This document shows, piece after piece, positions 25,962 to 40,200 of a DNA stretch of 64,000 nucleotides (positions within the stretch are counted from its first letter, which is position 1; each line of letters opens with the position of its first letter). The notes beneath the pieces were generated by a model that made no database searches, was not told where the DNA came from, and saw nothing but the letters and a program-made list of their open reading frames with translations. The DNA is taken from contig NMRA01000305.1 of NCBI GenBank assembly GCA_002633005.1, positions 158,858 to 222,857 on the forward strand, written 5' to 3'. The translations under genes and the position numbers were made by a program. The stretch comes from Phoronis australis (taxonomy: Eukaryota > Animalia > Phoronida).

Positions 25962-26103
25962 AGTTCGCATGGTGTTTTGATACAGCGTTCACATGGCATT
26001 GCGTATTTATACTGTTCACATGGCATTAGATATTTAAAAAAGTGTTCACATGGCATTAGATCTAGAAAACGACTTTCATATGGCATTGAGTACAGGGTTC
26101 ACA
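25962..26103 (+). repeat. Five to six spaced copies of a gttcacatggcatt-like motif just after the zinc-finger stop codon
   Basis: gttcgcatggtgtt, gttcacatggcatt x3, tttcatatggcatt, gttcaca at ~24-30-nt spacing. Confidence 0.65.
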
Positions 26104-28409
26104 ACCGAAATGGTAATACTTTCGACGATCACATTCGCGTTCGAGTATATATTATATAATGTACAAAATTCAAACGTTTCTCTTTAATCTAGCATCATCG
26201 GTGTTTACATTTTATACAACTTCGTCAATGTAATTCTGACTCAGTAAAAAACAGACAATCAAGCCAAGGTCACTCTTGAATTGATGTAGCAATTTTATTT
26301 AAAGAGTATTATGCTTTTTGCTTATGAATCAGCTGTAACTCTTTTAATTTGACATTTGAGACACTTTGGGTCATAATCTGGTATCTAAGCTGTGCAGTGT
26401 TGACTCTATGTGCCTAAAGAAGGCACTTGAACTTTGTATGGCATATATATTACATTTACTCGAACATGAATCGGATCATGTTGTTTGTTTGTTTTATTGC
26501 TGTGGTCAAAAACTGATATTATGTTATTAAACCAACTGTATGTATTTATACTGTTTACTTGGCTTAAGTGATCTGCCTCACGAAAAGGACTAATACTTAA
26601 GACAGAAGTTCTTCAGTTTGGGACATAATATGACAGACAGGTGAAATCTTATTTTGTCAAGTTTCTCAGCAAAGGTAACTTTTCATTAAAATTTACTTTG
26701 CTTTTTGCATGGTTTGTACGGCATAGCTGTTATCTAACAGCAATTTGGAAAAATTTTGAGCATTTGTAACAATGTGGCAAGCCTGTGGAAAGTAGAAATA
26801 TGGCAAATTTAGCAATTATTTTTCTCCCAAATTGATTTTTACCGAAAAGAGAAATTTGGTCTTGCACTTCCATTTTAGAATACTGAATTGACTGAGGTTA
26901 ATCACGTAATTATTGGTTCATGACAACCTAGAAATAATTTATCATACAAATTATCTTATTGTGTAGTAGTTATGAGTATATTCTCAGAGACTTTGTCCTT
27001 TAGCATAAGTGAAATTAACTATTTTTCAGATATAGACTATGTATATTATGGTGCTGAGTGTAAGACCAAATTTCTGACTTAAGACATTTTTAACGAAACT
27101 GGCCTCAGCATATCATATGCACATCACCTGTCAGAAAAATTATTTGGACATTCTTAAGATGTTTCATTGGCTGGTGGGTGATCAGTAGTCAGATCAAAAG
27201 GGGGAGCTGCATTCTTATTCTTACCCCACTTAATTTGTTATTAGGCTTGTCCTGGCATGTAATGATCAGAGGTGATTGAATACTTGAACTGTTGTGTGGA
27301 ATACTACCATTTCACATTCGACAGTTACGCAAATGGTTAAAAGGATACCAACCCGACTTTGACCTATAAACAGTTATTAAATACGACTTTCCCATCTAGT
27401 TCTCTGAAACAAAATAATGCCCTGTAACCATTGACAACACTCAAAAGTTTAGAACAAAGTTTGAAGACTCCTTTAAAAGTCCGCTAAACAAACGAGCATG
27501 ACATACACTTTAGGCGAGTTACAGGACAACTGTTAGGGAAATCCCACCTGCCAAGAACCGCAATATCCAATTTTTGACTCAGGTAGCATGTGTTTTTAGT
27601 TTAATCCTGATTTTGTCACTTAAGTGAGATGACAATGGTTACAGAACGAGGATTAGTTAAAAATCACCAAAACTGTTTTTAGTATCCTTTTAAACATTTT
27701 ACTAGAGTTTAGAAGTTTAAAATTTACCTTCTGTTATGTGATAAACACTCGCATGATAACCCACAATAATTAATAATAATGATTGTAAACTTTGTTTATA
27801 GAGGATATAATACAATACAATTTAAATCATGCTTCAGCCAAAGGCTAATCATACAGCATGATGGTCCTCTTTACATAGTCTGTTTGACCCATTTGTATAA
27901 ACAACTTCAGTTATTGAGTAGCTATCTGTTGCAGGATTTACAGAAAACAATTTTAATAATTTATCAAGTACCTCATGCTTGAGTTGTTCTTCCAGAGTGT
28001 TTTTTGTTATAAGAGGGGTCGTGTACTTATTCACTGCTTTCAAATTCCTGGAAATATTTTCTAATGGAGACCCACCAGTTTGCTGTGGTCTAGTGGTTCT
28101 TTGTTGATGAAGCTATGTTCAGTTAACTTTCCATTGTATGTCAAGGCACATAGAATGAACACCAAAATGTTTTGTTTTGTTTCCTGTATTTGTTGTACAG
28201 TAGACAGTTGTTGACAGGATTGCAAATTTCTGCCCAGGCATTTCTCCTATGGGAGAGACCTGTTAATGGAAATTTCTCATTTTTATTGTAAATAGTTTAT
28301 GCCACCTTGAATTTTTAAGTGTTGTTTTTTTCCAGGGTTATAATAATATTTTTTTACATCTATTGCACTGGATGTATAATTATGAAAATACTTTGCATGA
28401 TTTAAAAAT

Positions 28410-28465
28410 AATAAACTACACCAGTCTTGTTTTGCCAAAAAATTTTAGCCTAGCTAACTAATAAA
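28410..28465 (+). terminator. Candidate polyadenylation signals of the zinc-finger gene (implying a ~2.5-kb 3' UTR)
   Basis: AATAAA at 28410 and 28460, after a long T-rich stretch. Confidence 0.35.
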
Positions 28466-28628
28466 AGTGCTACCTTAAACTTTCAACGAAACACGTTTTG
28501 CATTTCTTCATTTAACAGTTGGGTATTCAATTCTGTTCTTGTATCAAAATAGATTCTAAAATTTTCCCATTTTCAAGCAGCACCTGTTTCAAATACCAAT
28601 TCCTCAAAGACGTTTCCTGTACTTATAA

Positions 28629-28777
28629 GGCCTGGATAGGACTCAGTAACTCTAGGACCTCGCTAAAATGGAGCCAAAATCACGTGTTTTCATTTAAAAA
28701 TACACAATTTCTCACGTAATCCGCGAAGTCTTCCTTTTTAGCGAGGTGCTAGCGTGACTGAACTCTACCCAGGGCCT
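28629..28777. mobile_element. MITE family 3 (possibly PIF/Harbinger-like); other copies at 32486-32635 and 51180-51328
   Basis: TIR-like aggcctggatag / ctacccagggcct. The internal sequence is the diverged reverse complement of the near-identical copies at 32.5 and 51.2 kb (ctaggac.tcgctaaaaagcaagacttcgcgagattacg...cacgtgac). Confidence 0.6.
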
Positions 28778-31609
28778 AGGGTAAAATCTCTATACTCGAT
28801 ACTCTGCTCGCAAATTTGACAATTGCCTGTCAAACTTGGAATGAATTTACAAATTTGTACTCAAATCATATGCAGCGGGAGTTTATAGACTTTTTACCCT
28901 GTAATAGTTGTTTTCTACTAACTCTGGGGGTTGGTAATTCTGAGTCGGCTCATACGATTACTGAATTATTTTTACGCGTATTTGCACGATACATCAGTTC
29001 CATTGTATTTGATTACTCACAGTAGCTAAAACGTGTCAGACAGGATTTCCTATAAAATCTATTCCTCCTGTCACATTTTCAAGGTAGAATTTTTCGTTTC
29101 AAAAAATCAGCTGTGGCCAAAAGTCTAAAGCTAAGAGTCTCATTTTTCTAATAGACCTATTCAGTGTTTTAAAACTCCTCCATTCCTTCAGTATTTAGGT
29201 GCCCGGCAAATTATCTTATTCATCGCGTACAATCTGTCTCGCAATGTTTTTTACCAGAATAGGACTTCAGTTGGTTTCCGTTACCACCAAGAACAGCAAT
29301 ACCATCAGCGACTTGAGAAAACGCTTCAAACGTCATTCGGGTTGCCCAACCAAAAATTGCGAATTCGAAAATGGCGCCTGTACTTTGCATGTGGCTCCGT
29401 TCAGCAACCTCAACATATTCAGGATTGGTTCTACTTACGTATATTCAGCGAAATAGGATGAAGTTGCATTTGACGTCTTAAATTTGTGACGTCTAACTAT
29501 TAGTGACGTATTCTCTGATAAGGCAAGGTGAACCACAGATAATTGCTCGAAATTTGGGAGAGTTTTGAAGTCGTAAAATTGATTTTAGCATGGCTTGTAA
29601 AATGTTTTTGACAAAGGTGAAATCGAGAGCTGTTTGTAGCGGAGAGACTTCCTGTACATCGTTTTCTGAGTTTGTTCACAAAGGCAGAAGTGGACGAAGA
29701 ATGATTTATGGACATAGTGAGAGGAGTTTGATTCTTCCAAAACAGAACCTGGTGTTTAAAATTCGTGCTGATATATAAGAGATTTTGGTGACCGCTTCGC
29801 GACTCTCGTTCGCAAGCAGAACTTTGCAGGTCACCAGCCGTGCAAACGTGCGGAGTGTAAGATCGAACGACTCTACGATACATCGTAGAGCAGAGACCTC
29901 TTTCGAAGGGTGGCCGCTTCACGTGAAGTGTCTGTTCGGTTTGATGATAGGAACCAATCGTCATGATGACAAGGAAAACTTGGGGACCAGCTGCCTGGAT
30001 CAGAGGTAACCACATAGCCCGTCTAAGCTACAATTGTCGCGTTTAGGTAAGATTGAGGGTTTTAGGAAATGCCCGTTGAAAACGTTAAGAAAGAACAGTA
30101 TCGGTTTTTACTTTCAGAGTGTCGCGGATAAACTTCAATCTTTTTAAAATGATTTTGTGTATACGCTCAAAATCAATCAACTTCCTGAATATCGTGCTGT
30201 TTCTGAAGGAAATTGAGACAGAGAATGCGAACCGGCTAATGGATCGACTGTAACAAAACTCGATATCCGTTTTGTCAACAGTTGAAAATTTCGTCTCGTG
30301 CTCCACATGTCTATTTCCAAAAAAAACTACGGGGGTTTTCCGTAGATAAGCCCACCCGATGAAACGCCCATGTGCGTTTGTTCGGAAAATTATGCCCATG
30401 GGCGTTTATTTGGTGTTGCAACTTCTCGTGTCAAGTGTCGTGCTTTAATTCGGAAAATTTCCTCTTAAAAGCCCTCTTAGGGTCAACTTTTAGTCACAAA
30501 TTCAGTTTTGTGGAGCATTTATCATTTGTAAAAACGAGCAAAGCATTTCCGAACTATGCATTTCACAATAACATAACATTTTTAAAAACACTTTAAGTTA
30601 AAATCAGTCAGGAAACCTCTTAATCTACTGCGTGTACTCAGTCCACTCACTATGCTATGAACATTCCCACTAAATAAAATTGGTTCTAACCCCGGTGTTT
30701 AAGGTAAACGGCGGGGTATGGAAAATTGAACTAGACCGTATTTATCCACCTTGGCTGAGACGCGCTCGGCTCATGCTCAAAGGGATGCCGCCAAGCTGCT
30801 CTATTCATCGAGTCACGAGCGAGGATAATTGACTTCGCTCATGCGGATATGATCAGCTGATTACAGTCTAGCCTAACAACTGTACTTTTTATGGAGAGAA
30901 TTTTACGTAGTTTTTACTGTAATATTTGAAAAGAGGAGCGAAAACAAATACGAATACAACTTTGAATTTTTCAAATCGGCCCAGGATAAGAGATTTTGCA
31001 ACACAGAAACACTCACGATTACTTTCATTCGGCGCGCACGAATACAAAAATATAGGACCCAAGTTAGGATTGTATAAATGTAGAACTACTCCGTGTGTTA
31101 TTTAGGTTTTGGAAAAAATGCATTTTAATACTCAAAATACGTTTTGTATAGCTATTACAAGCTCTAAAACGACTTTGTGTAATTTCATTGAGATCGTTCT
31201 TTGTCATCCGTCAAACCGGAAACTTCCGAGATGTGACTCTGCGAGCGCACTCACCTTGCACGTTACAGCCGTTTAAGTGAAAAACAATCTAGTAAACGCC
31301 ATTTTCTTGCATAATCCTCCGCCTTTTGTAACAAAAAAGTCTATCGTCGATGACCCGCACACGCACGCTCACTCACTCTCATACGCAGACGACCTTCAAA
31401 ACAAACGTCACGTGACAACAACATGTGTGTTCATCCAGAGATTTTTCTCGTGTTGTGGAGTACGATGTAGCGCACATTTGGACTTAATCGCAATTAATCT
31501 GGACTCCACAGGAACTTTAAAAATTGTAAAACATCAGGAAGATTTCAGGTAATTTGTTGAGTCGAAACTATATTTTTATTCAAGAGTACAAGTTTTCCTA
31601 TTGACGATC

Positions 31610-31872
31610 GCGATTCAGCGACGCATCAGTCGGCAAGTTTTCGCCCTGTGATGAGCACAATTTTTTGAAAAATTATCGTAATTTAACAACGGAAGTTGAT
31701 AGCAATGCACCACAATTTTGTAGAAAGGCTGTCATAGGCTACAAATACGTCACAGAGCGTAAATTTGATGAATCCTAGCTTCCGATTTTACCCGTTTGGG
31801 AAACCGGGTTTCAACTGCCGTAGGCTCACTACAATAAGCGTCCCCTCCCCGTGAAATGAATTTTTCTAAGCG
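31610..31872. mobile_element. Second copy of the 13395-13697 repeat
   Basis: Colinear similarity over ~260 bp. Confidence 0.6.
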
Positions 31873-32169
31873 TTTGTTTGAGCCAATACAGTATACAGCT
31901 TTCCACCAAGGCTAGGTGATGCAAGACATTATTACTTGTTCTTTGTTGCATTATAGTAACTGGTCTTGGCTAATTATCATTTTATGGCCTGGTCATCCAT
32001 TCAGCCCAAAGTAGTTCCAGAGGTGGCTTATCAGCCAATTATTCACGCATGCTGACTCACAATAGAAGCCTGATAAGAGTGAAGGTGGATAAATGCGGTG
32101 TTCCTACAGTTTCTTGTTTTAGTGGATGTGTTCACGACATATGTCAATGTTTTCATCCGGTAGAGACCA

Positions 32170-32830
32170 TTTGCCCATAACCAGCTATGCGGCAACATTC
32201 AAACGCTCCGATACGCCGCATGGCTGAAGATGCAGATTCCAGGAGTTTCTTGTAGGATGGGCGGCGGCGATACGGCTCTCGGGATCTATATTCTTTCTCG
32301 CCGTTTTGAAGCCAATACTGATACTGCTCTCGCAGTCTAGCTTTGAATGGAACGTTATCATGAGTGGCTGAAGGAAATAGGTCATTCTGGCTCGAATCTT
32401 TAAGCCGATATTGAATGTCCGAAACTGCGGATACGGTTTCTGCACCGTGGCTCCGGTGTGCGTCCATCGATGAGCAAAACAATCTCCCGTTCAGTAACGC
32501 TAGGACGTCGCTAAAAAGCAAGACTTCGCGAGATTACGTGAGATATTGCCGTGCATTTTAAATGACAGCACGTGACTTTAACTAGGTTTTAGCTAGGTCC
32601 TAGCGTAGGTCCTAGCGTCTACTGAACACACGCCTGGTTTGTCAATGTTGAAATAAGGACCTCGCCCCATCATTACTGTCTGTACGTAACAGTATCATCA
32701 TAAGCGACTCGTTCGTGGATCCCGTACCTGGACTTCAATATTGTTGGGTACACACTTGACTCGGTAAACAGGGAAGTAGTCAAAGACGGGTTTACGGTAG
32801 GGCACATACCAACAGAACTGGCTCGAATTT
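32170..32830 (-). pseudogene. Decayed pogo/Tigger-like DDE transposase fragment, frameshifted and interrupted by a MITE
   Basis: Minus-strand pieces in shifting frames: VPNNIEVQV, GSTNESLM, [MITE], MDAHRSH, MTYFLQPL, NVPFKARLREQYQYWLQNGEKEY..RRPSY...AFECCRI. Order and content match the pogo DDE_1 pattern GWM...DxxxxH...TxxLQPLD..NxPFK..LR..W..W...RxPS...AFxxCGI. Confidence 0.72.
32486..32635. mobile_element. MITE family 3 copy inserted into the pogo remnant
   Basis: Highly similar to 51180-51328 (cccgttcagtaacgctaggac...ggtcctagcgtaggtcctagcgtc). Confidence 0.75.
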
Positions 32831-34230
32831 GTTATTTTTTCACAATACGATGTGGCCGAGTATTCAAGCCGGCCGAAGTTCATAGATTTTCTGTTGAGAG
32901 ACCTTGGGTGCTATCATCTTTGTCACAAGGAGATCTAGAAGTGATGCACACACATTTTCTTGTCCCGCTGGGCAGATATTGCAAAAATTGATAAGCTGCT
33001 ATACAAGTTTCACTTACCGTTTATTACATGAAACAAAACACAGCAATAAGTCAAACGAAAACCCAGAAACCTCAGGGCATCATTGAAGATGATACAAGGT
33101 AAATGAAAAGTATATAAATCGCACATAAATCACTATACGCGTAAGTGAAATGAGACACACGAGTCACTAATGATACAATGATACGAATAAATAAACTCAG
33201 TTTCTGTACGTAGAAATGCAAATAACTGGCTCTTCAAGCATAAAAGAGAAAAAACGCCTCTAGGGCGTATACAATGTAGAACCCAGACTAGAAAACACGA
33301 TTTACATACAACACAAATAAAGGTAAAAAATTATAATAAAATTGCCTGTGGGGCCAAACAAAAACACGTCTAAGCAGCCTAACAAGTTTAAAATAAATAA
33401 ATAATGAAAAAGAAATAAGGAAAGAACCCGGGATGGGGGATGAGGAAATTGTAAAAACAGAGAAACATGCCCTGAATATGGCAAACAAAGGAACGAAAAC
33501 TGGTGAATGAGAAAAATAATTATGTTGTAATCCCTTGAAATACGCTTAATGAGTTAAAGTTTATTTAACGGGATCTTTTTGACAGGTTTATGCCGCGCGC
33601 TACGCTGCAGAGTAAAACAAGAGGCAAATGGTTCAAAAGCGTCACTTATTATGACGTATGTGCACAAAGTAAATAAATACAAAATAAGACTCTGCAAGAT
33701 GGCGACGCCATGGTGACGGTATAAAAATGTTGGCGAAGTAATTATTCACAACTTTCACGAATTCGCCATTATGCTTGAAAACGAGGTGTTGTTCCAAACT
33801 TCAATGGTTCCACATGTTTTGAACTTGCCTGAAACTACAAATTCGAAAATGACTCTTGTACGCACTTCTTGTGGCTTGAGATGCTGCTTCATTCGGCAAT
33901 AATTGAATGCGGTGATGTTTTCAAAACACGAAGCGCATTGATTTGGAATTCATCATTGACAACAGCGGGAAAAGTACATACCGGCGCGTGCGGATACGTG
34001 CGTAGCTTCACGCAAAGGCACGAGCGTAGGTCTAAATGCGTGCAAAATATTGTCACCTGCACAAAGCTATTTTCCAAGCCGACAAAATGATGAAAAAATA
34101 AAATAAAAAGGAATTAACCAAAATCATCAGTTTCACCCCTTAAAAAACGTTTAGTCGGTTCTGCATGCCCATAAGTTTCTAAAGCAATATCACGTTTAGA
34201 GCACCAACAGCTTAGTGTACTCTTTGTCCA

Positions 34231-37200
34231 TCATTTTGTGCTCGTATTTCTATGATAAGCCGTGTCTCTGACCGAGTGTGAGTGAGGCAACCACACTCCC
34301 GACAACTGCTTGGCTATTTTTTTCTTTTCGGGAGGTAAACGTGACGGCTCCCCGGCCGGTAGAACGTCAATTGGCTGGACTCTCGAGATGGTTTTTACTG
34401 ATGATACGTGACTCTGTAAAATACACGCCATGAAATCTAACAAAAATCGAACATATAACAGAATGACACGTTATCTCCATGACAGCAAGCAGCAGCATAT
34501 TTTGATAAAAACCATGATGGATACGATGTTTCGGCGTTTATTAAAACACAATCCTCAGAATCAAAACAGTTGCCACCTTGCTAGGCCCAACAGCAAGTAA
34601 TGATACACAAACACAGTCAGATACAAAGGAGTAATAATAGACTAGACCAACAATGACAACCTATGGTATGCCACTTTCCTATTGATACTGAGTCACTGTT
34701 TTTGCTTCTGACGGAGGATGGTGTTTTAATAATCGCCGAAATAGATCAAGCCGATTCAATTCTATCGTTGCTCTTATCAAATGACACACAAATATTCAAA
34801 ATGCTGCAAACAATTTCATGTAGTCACACACCATATCAGTATTACACGCCGTGCTACGAGGGTAAGTTCCAACTCTGTGAAATCTCCATAGATGTGCCCA
34901 ATGATGAGATACTCATTAAGGAAAGTTGAAGTCACGTGGTTTGTATATACATATGTGCTCTGTCTGTGTCTGTGTCTGTGTGCGTGCGTGCGTGCCGTGT
35001 GGTGTGAAGGCGACGCCAAACGCATTTCCCGATAGTATCCCTAACATTCGAATAAATACATCGTACTTTTGGCGAGGCATTCGTTGAATACAGTAACCGC
35101 GATCAGTTATTTGTTGACGATTTATTCCGAGCTTTTGCTAAAAAACGTAAACAAGTAAACCGTGTAAGATGTGCGAAAGACGGAAGTCCATAATAAGATC
35201 TCTTAGTGGATACGAGTATAGCACGCCCTTAAATTTATTTTCGATCCTCTGCCATGGCTCTGAATTTTTGTTGTTTTTATTCTTATAATTAACGAAATCC
35301 ACCTGCACCGACAACCAGGTGCTTGGCTAAACAGAATTCGTCACCCGACTCACCGTTCCTGCATCACCATTTCTCTTTTCCATCTCCACGACGCACATTT
35401 CACTACTGGGAGAGTCCCAACGTCTTACAGTTCTCCGACTGTTTCGTTGGCAGCAACAAGAACAACAGGCAGAGGGCGCTTCCTCCTGATAATCTGCGTC
35501 GAACGGTGCCACGCGATTGCTGGAAAAATAATTCTTCTTCGCAATCTCTTTTTTATTATTAATATCCAATTCAGAACTTTTGATTCTAAAAGATTGCCAA
35601 AGATAACATCCTGTCATTAAAATATGAATAAATCCTCTTTTTATTTATTTTTTATTAACAACGAAAATCACAAAGGGCAAAGAAGTTCTCAACGTGAATT
35701 AGCCCAGTACTGTTTCTTATGACTCATCCAGGCGAAGACAAATAGGGTAATTACTGCAAGCAATCAATTGGCAGACGAAAAAAAATGCTACGCTCATACC
35801 ACGCACATGCATTTTCAAGATCACAACGTATAAGCGGCACGAATTGTTTAGAAACACAACGCGGTGCATCATTAAATCCAACATCACGTGACACCTACCT
35901 GGTACAGCAGCAGTACATACACAACGGTATCATCAGAGCCATCAGAAACAATAAGAACAAAAGACCGAGGGCGAGGAAGGCCCACCAAGGGAGATCTGCG
36001 GAAAAGGTTGCACACTTGATACTACTATATTTTAAAAGGCATTTGCTCTATGTGCCTGCATTTAGATCCGTGTGCCTGAATGTTAAGCTGCCGTGAGCTG
36101 ATTTTTTCGTTAAAAGCTGTAGATTTTGATCCCCATTTAAAATTAAAGGGACATTTCGCCCCTATTTGATTGTCCCTAGACAATTATTTACACGCTATTT
36201 TTCGTTTTATTCTTATACCCGGGTGTTTTCTATGAACTAAGAAGGACCATTATGACGTCACCGCGACTTTAAGTTAGCTCAAATGGCGTCACTCAGTGAC
36301 TGAGCTCGAGGTGCCTAGCCCAATATTACCATTATCCCCCAGCGCTGCATTTCGCTATATGGCAATTATATTATGTTGTTAGAGATATGACATAAGACAA
36401 GACGTTTCTTCTTTAATGAATTCAAAATTGCCGTTTGCCGTGAATAAATTAAGTCACACGTGATGTCCGTTGTCTGTAAGTTGGGTTGCCTGATTTTGTA
36501 CTGATGTCATCAAAGTTGTGAAATTTGATGTCTCGCGCTTTTACTAAACGCCAGAATAATAAAAAATCAATGCAAACTAAAATTTTTCAACTTGAATAAT
36601 CCGTCGTTTGAAAAACGGACAAAAAGTCATGAGACAACTATTGCTTTACGACATTTTGTCTAAATTCGATGTCGAACTATTTTCATTTAGTTGTTTGTTT
36701 CGGCAGCTAAGGAAATACATGAATAGGTTTGTGCGCTTACATATCGTGAAAGTGACTTAAGATTTAAGACAGAAAATTGGCCTTACGCTTTAATCCACTT
36801 TGCAGTTGCAGAAAAAAGTTTAGCCAAGTTGTTATGAACGCGCCACAGTCTAGAAATATTTTTTTGAAATTATCTGTGTCTAGCAATTGTGTGTGTATAT
36901 TATTAGAGACTTTGCACTGTTGCTCAAGTATGATTTTTAAATAATTAAAATTATTTTTCAAAAAAGTTGTGTGGAGCGTAAGACCAAACTTTTGTCTTAA
37001 GTCTTAAGCCGCTTTTCATGAAAGAGGCCTCTGGTTTGAATGCTATGTCAGTATACGTACCTTGTCCGAACGATTGGCTGTTGTTATAGTATGGCCGTTT
37101 ATCGATAACACCACACACAGGGGCATCACCAATCCACAGACCATCAACGCCGCATTCCTGCATGAAAATGTTCGAAATGATAATTCTGTACAATTCCATG

Positions 37201-40200
37201 CACGTGATGGTATTTAATGAGTTGGTCTTGTTCAAGCCGATTATAAAGCCCGCGTTCCGCCTCAGAAGCTAACATTTGAAGACCACTAGCAGTTCTTAAA
37301 TTTGTCTCAACATGCTCCTTTCTCGCACGAAAAACAGTTTCTAGGTGATGAAGAACTAGCAATTTGGTTTTCTTGAGCCAATGCTAGACGCATAAAATGA
37401 CACGCCGTAAAAGAGCACGCCAAGAGAAGCCTACTTATCGCAACTTTTATTTCAGTTTGAGCTTCAGTCGTAGTTTATTAGGAGTTCAGTGCAAAAGTGT
37501 AAACCCATGAGTTTATTTTACGAACGATCTCGTCGAAGATTGATCTATTGAATTTCAGTTCATGCGCGCACCCAGCCTAAAAATGGCGAATTTTTGAGAA
37601 TTTTGCTAAAATTCAAGGGGTACGTTCAGAGCTACAAATTTTGCATTCGTAGAATTTTGGTAGTTCTTGCCTTTTTAGTGGAATTTTCTGTCGTTTTCTA
37701 TTTTTTAGGAGTTTTTGTTTCTCTGGAACGGACCTTTTTTTCCCACTTAGCCGAGAACTCCCTGAATGCGCGCATGCAGTTAATATACGTTTCAACACGC
37801 CACTGTGTGACAGACACACACTGCGACTGAGTTATTTACTTTACAAAGCAAATGTGTAGTTTAAAACCATTTCACAAACAGTCGCAATTTAGCTGTATAT
37901 TTTTTTTCAATCTGTCACCCTTCAGCAATAACGCCCGTTTGTTTGTCTGTGTGCATAGACACCGGTACTATTTGTAAATGTCCCAGGTAACAACTCTGCT
38001 ATTCGCAGCCAATCAAGTAAGAATCTGCTATGACTGTGATTTGGGAGAGTAAATACACGCGTAAAAGGTGATGTAACCAGCATACCAGGGCACTGTTGCA
38101 TGAAAAGTGATTCAAGACTTAAGTCTTAAAAGACAAAAATTTGATCTTATGGCCCCACTTCACAATTACTGAATAAAGGTTTTGCCATGTAATTATAAAC
38201 ACATTACTACTTAGAAATAATTCATACTAAGCATGTCAGTAACCAGAAGTGAGTATATTCTCAGGCTCTGTGATGTTGCTAAAGTGAAATTTAATTATTT
38301 TTGAAGAATAATTTTGTGGACCAAAGTTCTGACTTAAAAGAATGCTAAACCTCATTTTGGTGATTTCAACCAATCCTCGCTCTGCCACCTGCTAATACAT
38401 CATTGACGTCAATCGTCAAGTTTAAGGCAGGAATCAACTAGAAAATCACACACCCTATGTCACAGATTGGACAATATGGCCCCTGGTGGGTGATCTTTTC
38501 CCACAGTCGCCGTGTAATTCGCTAAAAGCGTAGGTAACGCTTGCCCGTTTAGCAGACATCGAAATGAGTTTTCAATTTTTTTCTCCAAACTTTTGGGGAC
38601 TGTCGAGGGTTACACAACATTATTTTGCTTTCGAGAAATGAATGAGAAAATAGTTTTTAGTTTCTGATAATAGGCCCAAACCGGGTTTGATATCTTTTTA
38701 AGTCTTAGGGCATTTGTTATGAAACAGATCTTAGTAACATGGTTTTTCCAGGTTTTGATAAGTCTTTGCATTTTTGCATTTTTGAACAAACCAATTTTTA
38801 CAGTTTATGAGCAGACGTATGAAATATTTATAGGTTAGTTGTTGTAATACCACGTTTGATTCAACACGACGTGTTAGTTGAATCGTCCACATTTTACTAG
38901 TGTCCTGTCGAGCAGTAGCAATCTGAGACTTGAATCGAGGATTCCTTCACTCGCACGCTTGTTGCATTCCCTTTCAAGATTAGAATAAATTATTATCAGA
39001 AAATTTAAACATGTTCAGCTGGACTGTATCATACTTAGTAAAAAATCTCTTATGCTCTCGGGAGCGTACCGATCCTTTCTGGAGGAATGGGTGAATGATT
39101 GGACTCGCGGGACAGGTTGAGCTTCTCGCGAAATACCACCCAAAGCACCGTTCTATGTGATGGAAAAGGCAATCACTCAACAGACACGGAGATGACAGCT
39201 ATAAAGGTATCGCGGTATTCAGACTTATTTTTGGAAATTGCTTGCTTCACTGGCTTACCTCATACTGTGCTGTCGACCTCAGATTCGGGTAGCGATCACA
39301 CATTAATAATCTGCCGTTGTTATTCATCTTGTTAGTCAGCCGTTTGTCGAAGGACTGAGAGCCCATGCGTGTAAGTATGATAAGTGGGGGGAGATTAAAA
39401 ACTCTGTGGTGACTACAGATTTTTTTTACTCGTATACTTTTCTAAAATCGTGAATTTCGTGGTTTTTACTGGAAATTTCCTATGTAGTAAACGTTGCGAG
39501 ACGGTACTTTCCTCAGGAATTGCTTAAAAGTTATTTTTAACGAGCTTTTGCCTACAATGATTTTTAAAGGAATTTTTTGTAAGTGTGCAGTCCAGCTGAA
39601 TAGGTTTAATTTCTCTGATTACGAAGTTTCCTGGATGGGTGAAGAATTATATTTCAAGATTATAATAAATTATCAATTAGATATCTCGTTAGTATTATAC
39701 CCACCTGAGCACTTGGAAAACCAGACATGTTAAAACCGTCATGACAACGATAGCTCAGCCGACTTCCTACATAATACGGACCCGGATTACTTTGGACAGC
39801 ATTAGCGACCCCTACAGGTAGCGGACACGTTGTCTGTGGGGTTGTACTTGGTGCCTCTGTGGTTGTTGCAAACACGGTGGAAAGCATAGTTGATGTTGTC
39901 ATTTGTGTAGTTGCTGCTTGACTGGACGTACCTCCGTTCGTTGTCGTTGTGACTGATGTTGTTACTTGTTGCGTAGTTGCTGCTTGACTGGACGTACCTC
40001 CGTTAGTTGTCGTTGTGACTGTTGTTACTTGTTGCGTAGTTGCTGCTTCGCTGGACGTGCCTCCGTTCGTAGTCGTCGTGGTTGCTTCCGATGTTTGGTT
40101 GTTGCCAAATACTAGACGTACGTCAGAAAGCAAGAAGACATTGGTTACGAAAAAAAGAGCGCCAAAACATAGAAACGATTTAAAATTGCTTCTCAATGCA

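Noticed and set aside
29500-30015. 171-aa ORF containing LCQKHF, resembling the end of a THAP domain
   Set aside because: No upstream CxxxC, FP or conserved Trp at THAP spacing, and no coherent splice context; at most a degraded element.
37095-37115. Conserved dibasic KR near the membrane (IDKRPYY) as a convertase shedding site
   Set aside because: Proline directly after KR generally blocks convertase cleavage, and there is no P4 Arg.
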